Source: Chrysomallon squamiferum (taxonomy: Eukaryota > Animalia > Mollusca). Taken from it: a stretch of 64,000 nt of DNA. The DNA is taken from assembly GCA_012295275.1 (NCBI GenBank), contig CM022673.1, positions 9,176,001 to 9,240,000 on the forward strand, in the 5' to 3' direction. Numbering within the stretch: the first letter of the stretch is position 1; each line of letters starts with the position of its first letter. The notes beneath the pieces are model-generated. The model ran no database searches, had not been told where the DNA came from, and saw nothing but the letters and a program-made list of their open reading frames with translations. Shown here piece after piece: positions 14,251-27,727 of the stretch. The position numbers and the translations under genes are program-made.

Positions 14251-14395
14251 ATTATTTTATTTTATTTTATTTTATTTTATTTTATTTTATTTTATTTTAT
14301 TTTATTTTATATTTTATATTTTATTTTTTATTTAACTTAACTTATTTTATTTTATTTTATTTTATTTTATTTTATTTTATTTTATTTTATTTTTT
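14251..14395. repeat. (TTTTA)n pentanucleotide microsatellite
   Basis: Two long ATTTT arrays separated by a short degenerate stretch. Confidence 0.95.
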
Positions 14396-15570
14396 TATTT
14401 CGTTTGTTTGGTTGTTGTTTGTTTTTGTTGTTACTGGGGGAGTTGTGGATTTGAATTTTTTAAATATTGTTTTTCGTTTGTTGGAAGTGTGTTATTTTTT
14501 ATTTTATTTTATTTCATTTTTTTTTATTTTTTTATTATTATTTTTTTTTATTTTGTTTTGTTATTTTTGGTTTTACTCTGTTTTATTTAATTCTATTTTA
14601 TGTATTTTTTATTTATTTATTTGTTTGTTTGTTTAATTATTTATTTGTTTGTTTATTTATTTCTTTGTTTATTACAACAACAGAAATAATAATAATACTA
14701 AGCTAATCATCACCATCATCATCATCATTATCATTAGCATTATTTTTTTTTTTTGAACTAATCTTTATAAGCGATTAAACGATTATCCTTATTCTTTCGC
14801 CACCAGGCGGCGTTGCGTACTGGACTGCAAGTGAGAGACTTTGCGACCCACTTGACCAGCGAACAGCGTTGATTCTCCCACTTAATTAAGTGATTTGGTG
14901 AGAGGGAAAATAGGTGCAAATTATGTGTGAAATCCACACCATGTCACTGCATTTTTCATATCATTTGTCTCAATCCTCGAATTCACGTGCTGTTATGAGT
15001 GACAGGAAAATCGCCCTCTATGTTTACAGAAGCGAGAGTTAAATTATTTCAGCATGATTTAAAAATCAACTCGGGCTAAAGCAAACAAAGCGATTGCCCG
15101 GAAAGAAAAGTAGAAAAAGTTGTTAGGAAGTGTTTGTTACATTATTTTTTTTTTAGTTTTTTTTAGTTTTTTTTACCCAGTTTTTCTGTCTATTTTAAAA
15201 GTCTGTTTTATTTTATTTTCTTTCTTTCTGTCTTTCATTTGTTTCTTTATCAATTATTATTATTATTATTATTTTTTTAATAATATATTTGTTGTTGTTG
15301 TAATAATTCTTTAGTAATGGCATAATACTGTAATAAAATTTAAAAAAACAGATTTAATATCATTTTGAAATAAGTTGTCTTCACGTAACATTTATGTATT
15401 AGGCATATATATTTTTTTAAATATATGTATATACATTTGTATGTGTATATAAATATTTTTATCCATAAAATCATTTGGAAAGATAAAAGTATTTTCAAAT
15501 GAAAACAGAAAACAAAGAAATTAAATCTTTCAAAAATAAAATGAATAATAAAAGAAGAAAGGAGAAAAAG

Positions 15571-15787
<217 letters not shown>

Positions 15788-17327
15788 GGAGAGACACACA
15801 GAAAGACAGAGAGAGAATAATACATAATTTAGCATTGACTATGAGCTTAATACGTATTTCTTCGATTCTGTATATATGTGTGTGTATGTGTGTGCTACTG
15901 TGTGTGTGTATGTGTGTGTGTGTGTGTGTGTGTAAGTCTATAATCTGTTGAAAACACACCTCATTTTTTATAGCTCTGTATTACTTTGGGCAAGAAAACA
16001 AATTTTATAAAAACAACAAAAATAATAATACTTGGCCCTTCGCCTATATCACAGTTTCGTGGGATAAACGAGAGATACCGTATTAAAGGCGATTATCTGA
16101 TTATCCCTTCACCCCAAACCAACACCATAAACCAGGTTCAACTAGAAAGCTTTGTTCTAGTATGTAGCACCTTCACTCAGAACCTTGACACACCCTTGGC
16201 TCTTATGACTGCTTTTGGAAAGGTCGTGATACTATTTTCCTTTTCACGGGTAGGTGTCTGCAAAAGGTTTCTTGCTTCTAGAGGATAAAGCAGTTTCGAC
16301 ATCTTCTCTATAAGTCAATATTTTTATGTGTATATGAGTATATGTTTGCATGTGTGTATGTTTCGATGTATGTATGTATTTACGTAAGTACATATGTGTG
16401 TGTACATATTAATATTCATTCACCTTCCTTTTTTTTTTTCTTTTTTTTTTTTTTTTCTTGTTTTTTTTAATTCTAATTCCTTTCCGTTACTTTCTTCTGA
16501 TGTCGTTCTGTTACTGCCAAATAAAAAAATAATATATATATTAATACTGCAAAATATTTTACTTTTAACCATTAATACGTGTCAACTGCGCGGATTTTAT
16601 ATACAAATGATATCTGAAAGACTGAAAAGTCGCAATTCCACGATCTAGTTACAAAAAAAAGTAACATTTGCGTTGTATGTACCCACAAAAAGAGACAAAA
16701 TAAAGATTCGATGACAAGTTACACCTACTGACGAACCACTATACACATGTCTTCTGTATCAAACGACATTCTTTATCCACTGGGGTCCGGAATGCGCCTC
16801 CCGTTTTCGATTGAAACAAATTCCACTGGATTTTCCTTTATTGTCATTACATTGGATTCACAAAATGAAGTGGTTATTTCACGGTTGTTTGCGGTCTGTG
16901 CGATATACGGTAAACAACACCCGCCGTGCCTGTCACTTAAGAACAAAATCTTTTATACGTGTATGTCTAATAGCGAAAATAAAAAACCGCTGGAAATTGT
17001 AGGTGTTGTTGACATTCCTTTACCTCGCAAGCCAGGAAAACTGATATCTGTGAAAATTAAATGAGGCTAAGGAGTAAAATATGACACCTTATTAATCATA
17101 AGAAATTAATGGTATCTGTACATTGTTATATATTAATAATGTGTGTGTATGATGATGTTATGATATCCCCACGGCGAAGGAAGAAGTTACAATAGCAAGA
17201 AAAGTGTGACTACAGTTTAGTTTAGCCTTGATCAGAGGAGGTAGGAAGGTTGTTTCTTTTACTTCTTTTTCAATTATTATTCTCATGCGTTTTGTGCCTA
17301 TCCTCCTTTCTGTCACTTTATTTACAC

Positions 17328-17335
<8 letters not shown>

Positions 17336-17419
<84 letters not shown>
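17336..17419. repeat. (CT)n microsatellite
   Basis: Uninterrupted CT run. Confidence 0.98.
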
Positions 17420-17422
<3 letters not shown>

Positions 17423-17608
17423 ATCTTTCTCCACAGAAAATTAATTATATATTAAAGATTTTCTTTTGCTTCTTACAGACATATATCACTGTTTAATATT
17501 ATAGAACAATAATACTGTGATATATACAAATACACTTATATACGTAAACCGTGTTTCATTAATATTGATTTATCTCATATATAGTTACATTCATTCAAAC
17601 TTTTATTT

Positions 17609-17642
<34 letters not shown>

Positions 17643-17679
17643 AATAAACAGAGGAAAAGAAAAAAAAAAACAGAAGGGA

Positions 17680-18720
17680 AAGCGGCATATGGCTTAGAGT
17701 TGGTCAGAATCCTATCTTACCAGAAATCAGAATCAGTAAATCTTTGGGCAGAGTTGGGGGGACTTACGGGGTGCAAGCATAACATTGTTTAAATTGAGTA
17801 TCCATTGAATAGCTGGGAGCAAACACAACACACAATGGCTGTAGCGGTGTGAACGTTTTTATTGCATTACACCCCAGAATTAGCCGCCTGATTCAATTCT
17901 TGACCAGTGGTCAGTCACCGCCCACCATGTCCACGACGTCCACACATCAGCGACTTACAGCAACAGCCTCGAGGAAATGCCCAACAAAAACATCAATTAA
18001 GAACAGTTTGCCATACATACACGGCCGTGGCCCGCAGCCCAAACCGCTCGCTCGAGTCTTTGGCCCGGTTCTAACAAAAGCAGGATTGGAATGTTCTGAC
18101 AATCGGATCGGAGCGCCGTCATAGTGACGATCCCGGCAAAACCGCGCGGACGGCGCCAGACTGTCGGGGACGGAGATTTCCTTAAGCTGTCGCCCGTAAA
18201 GACAAAAACTCGAGCTAAATAGATCACCATTATCAGCAGGCCAGGAGAAAAGAATGGGCCAAGAATTAGTACAATGGACCTTTGAACCATTTCCATCTCG
18301 TGGATGGGCCACACTTATATCATGGATAGAAATTAACAACAACAAAAACCACACAAGCCTTTAGCGCGGATTTTGTTGAAGACAAACAAAGGTCGAGAGA
18401 GGGAGAGAGAGAAAGGTAACTAAAAAAGCAAAGAAAGTCGCGAGTGGACGTCTTAGAGTGGAACGAGGATTAAGATTCTCTGCAGATTATGGTATCGTTT
18501 GCAGGCTTTTCTTGTCCCGGATAGTCAGAGATTGACTCTCGTTCTCTTAGAGGGAGAGAAAAAAAAAAAAAACTTTGACACGAGAAGTGTAAAGCAATCA
18601 AAAAAAGGTGGCTGGTAACTCTGGGATTTACACCTTCTGCCCAATTACACGTGACGGTCTCGCGATTTCTCGGATTCCATTTTGTCAAAAAAAAAATTAA
18701 TTTATATTCCCCGACCCTAT
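17680..18720. promoter_or_regulatory. Large CpG-rich unique island (putative enhancer)
   Basis: About 1 kb of high-complexity DNA with dense CpG at 18020-18200, TGACCAGTGGTCA inverted repeat 17901-17913, CACGTGAC 18648-18655 and TCTCGCGA 18658-18665; overlapping ORFs are unrecognisable. Confidence 0.45.
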
Positions 18721-18840
18721 TAAATGGTATTAACGCTCAATGGTTCAAATTAAATTTTTTTAAAAATTGAAGATGGGAAATTAAAATCTAGGTTTATATA
18801 ACCAAATTAAAGCAGTCTGGTTGACTTTTTCATTGATCAC

Positions 18841-18940
18841 GTGCTTACATTAGTTCATCTATATCTTCAATTAAATGACAGTCTTTACTGTTGTGATACG
18901 ATCAAATGATTGGTAATACAAATGTACAGTTATAAACGCA
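18841..18940 (+). mobile_element. Dispersed repeat A, copy 2 (lacks the tRNA-like head)
   Basis: gtgcttac...ttcaattaaatgacagtctttactgttgtgatacgatcaaatgattggtaatacaaatgtacag aligns to 14000-14080. Confidence 0.6.
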
Positions 18941-19892
18941 AACTCGTAAAAAATAAAAAATGTATGAAAAAATATATATCTGTTATATATATATATATAA
19001 CTTGGAACCATTTAGGTTGGAACATATTGTTTTTACTGTTTTGATCAAAACAATCTTCTTGTTATATACCTATCTCATATAGTTCTGGATTTCGTTTATA
19101 AGAATTTTTCTGCTATTTTCACACAGTTTTGGCTACATATTCAAAATAATTTTGAGTCGAATTATTTCTTTCCATGGCACAAAAAATTTATGAAATAAAC
19201 TGTATGGTACTATTTATGTTTAATGAACAACTACAAACATATGATTCCTGTAAGCATAACAACAAAACTTATAAAGATAGACAAAACAATATACAAAAAA
19301 TATAAAGTCTTTGTTTTTCGTTTTTGTTTTACATATACATGAACAACCTAAAACACCCACACACACACACGAACACAAAAATTTACAAATAAACACCCAC
19401 ACACACACACACACACTTTTACAAATAAACACACACACACACACACACAAACACTTAATCGCAAATGCCCAACAAAACATAGAAGAATTTTGCTTAAAAG
19501 ATCAGATTATCCAAATAATTTCACAATACAATCTGTAGAATTATTATTTGACCGAACTATGGTTTAGTTACAATAAATTAACCAGAAAAAAAAGAAGAGA
19601 TTATTTAAGAAAATAAAGGAAACAGAAGACAAAAATAAAAATAAGATTAGACGAAAACAAATATGATCAGTAACAATAAAATCGAGTCGTTTTTAGATAT
19701 ACCTATGATAAGTTTTGATTAATTTTAAAAGTAAATGAATTCATTTTAGCTTCATAATCTGTTCTTTTGATCTTATCTCTTCATTTTGGTACCTTTGTCT
19801 CTTAATTTTGCTTTTTCTCTCTGATTTCTGGATCTCACTTTTGTCTTTTGTTCAATGTCTTTCATTTTCTCTCTCTGTGTCTCATTTATGTG

Positions 19893-20032
<140 letters not shown>

Positions 20033-20149
20033 ATATATATATATGCGTGTTCTCTCTTCTCTTGTGACCATTTCTCAGTGATTTGTCTTTAATTCTCTTT
20101 CAGGTTTTTTTGTAATTTATACACATTCCATACAAAATTCCCACATTTT

Positions 20150-20490
20150 CGTTCAGCAATTAACGGTCAACATTTCCAGTACATTACATTTCACCTGCAA
20201 TAATCGTGTGACGTTTCACTCGTTCAAATTCAACCAAGAATCTTTATTGATTCAGTCCGGCACTAAAATCGGGGACATTTCTCTGTACCATTCCAACCAC
20301 AATTGAAACGAAATGACGTAAACGGCAATCAAAGCGACGCAGATGAGTGGTTAAGTGCGGTGTGGTTTATACGATCGTCGACCGTTAGCGAGCACGCTGT
20401 GTTCGGATTACGTCACCTCCGACAGGGGTCGCTCTAATCGAGTCACGTGACAAATCTGGCAGGTTTATTCGGTTATCACCTGGTAGGAGG
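20150..20490. promoter_or_regulatory. CpG-rich putative cis-regulatory island
   Basis: Palindromic extended E-box GTCACGTGAC 20442-20451; CRE/ATF-like TGACGTAA 20314-20321 and TTACGTCA 20408-20415. Confidence 0.45.
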
Positions 20491-20890
20491 ATGGATATAT
20501 GTTGGGTTTTTTTGTTTTTTTTGTTTTTATATTACCTCACTGGACAAAAGTAAGGTAAATAAAATGACATGACACCAGGACAAAGATTCACTCGCTGAAG
20601 CTAAACAGTAACTGCACAAAAAAGACAAATGAAGTGATTTTTGCTTGAGTGATGTTGAAATGAATGGTGGGGTGTTGTCTTTCGCAGTAAGACTGTTTGC
20701 TAATGGAATTGGACATAAAGGTTTCGTTGTTTTGATTGTCCAGACACATTGTCAATGGGGTATTTACTTAAGCCTAGAGGGGGGGTGTCATACGCAACAG
20801 TTTGATTGTTGTAGTATCGACTCAAAAACAATTACCATTTCAACAAAAGTGAAATAAAATCGATTAAACTAGCAACGAGCATTGCACCGT

Positions 20891-21226
20891 TATTTACATC
20901 ACTGTGATGTTATATTTCAATTATTCCTGGTCTTATGTTTAAATTATTCTTTGGTCTTGTGTTTAAATTATATCTTATATTTAAATTATTATTTACATCA
21001 CTGTGATGTTATATTTAAATTATTCCTGGTCTTATATTTAAATTATTCTTTGGTCTTATGTTTAAATTATATCTTATATTTAAATTATTCTGTGCCTTAT
21101 ATTTCAGTTATTCTTGGTCTTACATTAAAATCATTCCTAAACTTTATATATAAATTATTCTTTGTCTTCTATTTAAATTATTCCTGGTTTTATATTTAAA
21201 TTATATTTGGTCTCATATTTAAATTG
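20891..21226 (+). repeat. About 23-bp AT-rich minisatellite with a 99-bp higher-order duplication
   Basis: Monomer ttatatttaaattattcctggtc; the block starting tatttacatcactgtgatg occurs at 20891 and 20990 (period 99, also visible as a 33-aa repeat in ORF 20882..21199), followed by about 6 decaying monomers. Confidence 0.9.
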
Positions 21227-23125
21227 TGTCCGTTCTTATTTTAACGTTTTATATATGATGTTTTCCATTGTCTTTCTGTTTATAATTAATTAATTTCGGT
21301 ATTTTTTAAGAATTATTTAATACAATTTTTTCTAATTTTTAAAACGGGTATAATGCCTTTAAGAAACACAAGTGGTTGTCTTATTTTTATACTGTTATTT
21401 TTCTCTGCTGTATATTATTATTCCTTTCGATTTAGCATGTTGCTAATTCTTGATTAATTTATAAACGATTCATTTAGAGCTTTTATACAGACTCCACTAT
21501 GTTTTAAACTGTTAATTTTGAAACGATTCATGAATATTTTAATAGGTTTTAATTTTAAAACTTTAGCATTTAAAAAACTAATAATAATAAAATAACAAAC
21601 AAAAACAATCCGGTTTAATTTTATTTTAGACTTTTCTAAACGATTAATTCAGTTTTTACTGATAAATTTTATTTATTTTATTAATTTTAGTCGAATTCAT
21701 AGAATGTTAATTCAGGTTTGGAATAAATTAATTTATTTTGTCTTGTATCCCTATTTATATTTGTCCTAATTTTAAAAAAACGAAAACAAATTAAAAATTA
21801 CCGTTAAATTTATAATTCTTATTTATTTGTTTGTTTGTTTTGTTTGTTTTGTTTGTTTACTGCCTTAGGTATCGAGATACACTGTACTTATTTTCTTAAA
21901 TATCATTTCACAATAAGCACGAATAGATATTTATGCCTATAGTATTACATAATATATATATAAATATATATTTAGTGTACTGACTTACATATCATTATAT
22001 GTCATATTCGTACCAACTGCTGTTGCTATGGAGTATGACGTAACAAACATTTTTTTTTTTTTTTTTATTTCTTTCCCTTTTACATGTATCATATATGGGC
22101 TGATCCGACATTGTCATTCAGAGCAATAAAATCTCTATTTGATATTATGTTTGGATATCATTAGGCTTTACTCTCGTTGTACAAACACAGAATAAATCAC
22201 TCACATGCAGGGAGCGAGATTCTTTCATAAAAGGTTACCGACAATAAATTAAAATTTCACACCCGAACGCGACCCGCAAATATCAGAAGGTATTGTCAAA
22301 CAAGACTACAACACGGTCCTATTTTAATCAGGAAATGCGTGCGTGTTATCAAAGAGCGGTACACATTCTTGGGAAAAATGGTCTATTGAAATTACTCCGG
22401 CGGACACAAATGAAAATTATTCTTTAATTTTTTTTAATGGCATAACAGCAACGAAGGGTATTTTTAATATGATTTCGGTGACTTCAAAGATTCGTAATTT
22501 TTTTTTTTTTTTTTTTTTTTTTGACTTTGTGAATTAAATATTAAAAAAAAAATAGATCGGCAAATATTCTCTGTGTTTAAAGACGTTAGATACGGGCCGT
22601 GGACGTAAACCGACGGGCGTAAACTCGAGATTCGTCTGCGAACTTACGACAACGCTCGTCCATTGTGACTCTCCGATTAACTTTTCGCTTTTTTGATCTC
22701 GACTTTTAAGCACGTTTTATAATGATATTACACATTCGATTTACAAAACTGATCATGTCTCTTTCACGAAGGGCACTTAATTTTGCTAAACAACATTTGC
22801 CTGTATGTCAAGTAGTGTTTGAACAGGCGAAAATCCATCCATTGACATGGTCTATGTAAACAGCTCGGATCGAACTTATGAGTAGTCTATTGATGGCTGT
22901 CAAATACTCCATTGTCGACTCACGTGCCCGTTCATGTGAGAAGAAAAGAAGGGGCACAAAAACTTTGTTACGAAGACTGCAGAACGCAACCAAACCGAGT
23001 AGCGAATTGTTTGCATTTGTTTGTAACTGATGATATCTGCCTATTCAACTGTGCGTCTGCTTGTGTTTGTGTGTATATGTGTGTGTATTTGTTTGTTTTC
23101 TGTTTCTGTGTGTTTGTTTGTGTGT

Positions 23126-23161
<36 letters not shown>

Positions 23162-23369
23162 TGTTTGCGCTCACCTCTGTTTTGTGTTTGTGTGCTAATC
23201 TGTTCAACTCTTACAAATATGGTGCATTGTGAGATCGATACCGAAAAGTTCCATTTTAATGTGCATGTGTCCGTGACAGTGTGATTTGGTGCATTAAACA
23301 GAAGCGGTTATTAATTCAAATATATATTTTTTTATTTTTTATTTTTTTTTATTTTATTTTATTTTATTT

Positions 23370-23400
<31 letters not shown>

Positions 23401-24111
23401 GTTTCTGGTGTATTTTTTATTTACCTATTTAACTTGCCTTAAAATGTATGACACAAAATATGTTTCTAAATCTTGTAAATTTTTCTCACATATATCTTAA
23501 ACATTGTCTCAAAGGTAAAGTTACATTTTAAATTCTTAAAATCTCTCAAAATAATTCCTATATTCGTCTCTAATTTGATTAAAACTTGTTCAAAACTCTT
23601 TCTCTGCATATTTTAACTTTAAATCAAAATAAAAACACTTTTACGTTCAAACGAAATTGGAGTCAACAATATAGTGTTAAAAGAAATGTGTCTACGTTTT
23701 GTGCGTGCGCGCTTTTGACAATAACTTGTAGCACGCACCTATAAAATAACTTTTTCATATAACCCTTTCGTGTGCTTCTTTTTTTCACTTGATATTTGTG
23801 CGGGAAAAATGGAAGAAATGTTAAAGAATGATTTTAAACTACCGTGACTTTTGTTTCCATTTTGAATCATTTTAATGCGATTATCTACTTTCCACATCGT
23901 TATATAATCTCTGTCGTATCTTACGTAATCCAAGTTTTAATACTGTCTCTTATGTTCTACACACCAAGGTTAGATATAAATATTATGATTCATGCTTATA
24001 AGAAAGAATCAGATTTATATTTCACTCAAAATGACTTCATAATAACATTTCGACCTCACGAACAGAAAATAATATACACACATTTGAGATGTATGTTTAT
24101 ATACAAATGAG

Positions 24112-24352
24112 AAAGTAGAATAATGATGATAACAACAACAACAACAACAATAATAATTGCTTTTATGAGCTGTTAATAACGTTTAATCTCTAAAAACAAA
24201 TATTTACATGCAAAAGTAGAATGATGATGATGGTGATGATAACAACAACAAAATTAACAATAATAATAATAGTAACAACAGTAACAGGAACAACAACAAT
24301 AATACTAATTGCATTTATGGATTGTTAGTAACTTTTATTTCTAAAAACAAAA
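24112..24352 (+). repeat. Tandem duplication with unequal internal microsatellite length
   Basis: aaagtagaat-(gat)n-(aac)n-taattgc.tttatg..tgtta.taac.ttta..tctaaaaacaaa occurs at about 24112-24200 and 24213-24351; the second copy has a longer triplet core. Confidence 0.8.
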
Positions 24353-24606
24353 CATAAATTTACAACACAAATGTTCATTTCCATATAAAATAAATAAATA
24401 AATAAATAAATAAAATGTTTATTAAATTTATCTTTATCATTTATTTTATTTTATTTTATTTTATTTTAAGTTTTATTTTTTATTTTATTTTATTTTATTT
24501 TATTTTATTGTATTTTGTTTGACTGTTTCTTTACGGTTTTGCTTTTATTTTGTTATTTCTATAATTCTGAAAATATTTATTTATTTTTGTTTTATTTAAA
24601 TTTTTT

Positions 24607-24638
<32 letters not shown>

Positions 24639-26755
24639 TTATTTATTTATTATTTATTTATTTAAGTATTTGTTTGTTTGTTTGTTTTTATCTGTTTTGT
24701 TTGTTGTTGTTGTTATTGGATATATTTAATATTTTTTCATTTTATGTACTCATATCTGTAATGAATAAATAATAAACAAAACAAATAAATAATACAAATT
24801 GTTTTTCTTTTTATGAAAATAATTATTTTGTATTTTTAATGTTATCGAACTTTTTTTTATTATTATTACTACAACAATTAAAATTTGAGAAAGCATGTTT
24901 AGAATAAAAATATTACAAACATTCTTAGTAAAATCATTTTTAGAAGTGTAGAGATAACACGAAAGAAAACAATTTAATATGTTTTTAAAATTTATTTATA
25001 TATCTATTTACTTAAATATTTACCTGTTTACTTATTTATTTTCAAAAATGTTATTGTATTTTTCTTACGTAATACTGTTTGAGTATTATTATTATTTAAA
25101 GGTTTTATTTATTTATTCGTTTATTTATTTAATACTGATGACGATCATGATGATGATGATACTACTACTAATAATAATCATATATATATATATATATTTT
25201 TTATTGTTTCCTGTTTTGTTTTTTTTTTTTTCTTTTTTTTCATTCTTATTCTTTGTTGCGGTGTGGAGGACACTCCACAAAAGGGGGTTAAGGCTCTCCT
25301 TAGCGTGACAGCTTGACTATCGCACCACGTGATACTCTCGCGCCGATCTTCAGCTCCATTGTACAAGTAGCTGCCATCATTTCCCAGGTACATCATCCCA
25401 GAGTGAAAAGAACGGCCGCTAAAGGTTCACAATAATGATCCCCAATAAACGCTTCCGTATTTCATCAAGAACTATGTCACCGATCCCTTTTGAAATATAA
25501 ACCTTAAATGCCACTCTAGCTTCTAATAAATGTGCCTCTTTCGGCGTTAACTCCAGGGTATCTTCGGCGAAAAACTCGCTTCGATTGAAATCCTTTTAAG
25601 GCGAAATTTTACGAAACATCGAACACTGACAAGCGATTTCTTACCATTGGATGGGTTTTGTGAAAAACTTTTCTTTCATTTATTTTTTTTTTTTTCTTTT
25701 TTTTTCTTTCCCGCACTGTCCGTTGCAGAATTTTTTCACGTAGATGCGGCTGGTATAAATGAGAAAAGAATATAAAAGATTATTGTCATAAGAGAAACGA
25801 TTTCGAGGGAAATTGCGGCACTTGAAACTCCGACAATTAAACAGAACATTTTCTAAATTAGTGACCACAAGGGAAAAAGAAAAGAAAAGAAAGAAAGAGG
25901 AATTTTTTTGGATTCGCTATTTCAAGTACGTCTATTTTACCATTCTTTGTGCAATGAAGAATGTTTTATTTTTACCTTTTAATTATCCATTCGTCTACAG
26001 TTGTTACTTTCTCGTTTTAATCTTCAAATTGTGATTATGGGTTTCATGTAGACTTCAAAAGGAAACGATTTTCTCACGGTTTTCGTGTAATACAGAAAGG
26101 TTTTCTATTTATTTGTAGATAAAGGTAAGTAAACTGTTGAATGATGGAACATTTTTGTAACCTTTTTTTTTATTTATTAAAATATTTAGGGTAGTTTATT
26201 TTCTTCTCTGAGTAATTAATGGTGAAAAGAACAAAAAATTAATATTTTTTATTTTATAAAAACAGTTCTATATACATATATATATATATGTGCACACGTT
26301 ACAGAAGTTTTATAAAATTATATATATATTATACTTTATGACTATATTTGCACATTTGCACTCAGTAAGTGTATATAATGTTCTATTAAAATATATAAAA
26401 CGTTGATGAAATAATAATGATGATGATGATAACGAAACCTGGAAATCAGATATACTGAAATTAAAATTACATTTTAATGTATTTGATATTTGTATATATT
26501 TAAAATATATCTCACTTCATTAATATTATTTTTATCATGTTTATGGCCCATTACTAATTCAGTTACAGTGGGTATTATTTTACTTGAAAATTAATAAAAA
26601 TGTATTTTAAAAATATCCTTTATTGCGAATGTGATTATTTGTTTTATTTTTTTATTATAAAATAATAAAATTTAGAATGGTCACTGAAAACGATAAATCA
26701 ACATAAAATTTAAATACTTCAATAACATATCTATTTGTTATATATCGTGATTCTA

Positions 26756-26761
26756 AAGTAA

Positions 26762-26797
<36 letters not shown>

Positions 26798-26931
26798 AGC
26801 AACAACAATAATAATTATAATAACAATTGTAATGGTATTGATTATAATAATAATAATAACAACAACAACAACAATAATAAGAATAAGAATATAATGAAAA
26901 TAAAAATACAAATAATAATAATACAAATACA

Positions 26932-26995
<64 letters not shown>

Positions 26996-27165
26996 TTATT
27001 ATTATTATTATTATTGTTTTTATTTTTGTTCACATCATAATCGTAATCATCATTATTATTAAAAACATTTTCTTAAAAACCGTTATATTTAAACATTAAT
27101 TTTGTATAATAATCTTATTTTTTAAAAAGCGAAAAAATAAAATAATAATAATATTGTTGTCATTA

Positions 27166-27230
<65 letters not shown>
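26756..27230. repeat. Compound (AAAT)n/(AAT)n/(ATT)n low-complexity block
   Basis: (AAT)n about 26932-26993 directly followed by (ATT)n to about 27015, and another (TTA)n at about 27169-27229. Confidence 0.95.
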
Positions 27231-27395
27231 CTCATCATCATCGTCATCATTTTTGATGATATTTTTTACTGTTTGCGTTTTCATCATCTTTATCACTATC
27301 ATCCTCATCAAAAGATATTTTATTATAAGTGAAAATTTTAATTTAACAAAATGATTAAACTTTCATAAAACAAAATATAAAATAAATAAATAAAA

Positions 27396-27430
<35 letters not shown>

Positions 27431-27691
27431 AAATATAAATAAATAAAAAAATAAATAAATAATAAAAATAATAATAATAGTAGTAGAAATTATCATTAAT
27501 AAATAAACTTTTGTTATAATATCTCTCTTTTGAGATTTGATATAACAGCGCTTTTGATAAAGGCACATACAAAATTATAATAAAATTGATAGCTGATTCA
27601 TTAATATTTGTATTAAGCAAACTTCATTTAAAAATTGAAATACTCATAGACACATACATACATTGACAATTATTCGACTATAAGGCTTTGT

Positions 27692-27727
<36 letters not shown>

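Noticed and set aside
17947-18354. 135-aa minus-strand ORF with a hydrophobic N-terminus (MWFLLLLISI...)
   Set aside because: Starts at a non-ATG codon, has no recognisable domain, and overlaps similar-length ORFs in other frames as expected in a GC-richer island; homology or expression evidence would be needed.
20733-20753. miR-219-like sequence TGATTGTCCAGACACATTGTC
   Set aside because: Only the first 10 nt match continuously, and there is no downstream complementary arm to form a pre-miRNA hairpin.
20882-21199. ORF with a 33-aa internal repeat (ankyrin/TALE-like period)
   Set aside because: The period comes from a 99-bp AT-rich minisatellite duplication; the sequence has no ankyrin, TPR or TALE consensus.
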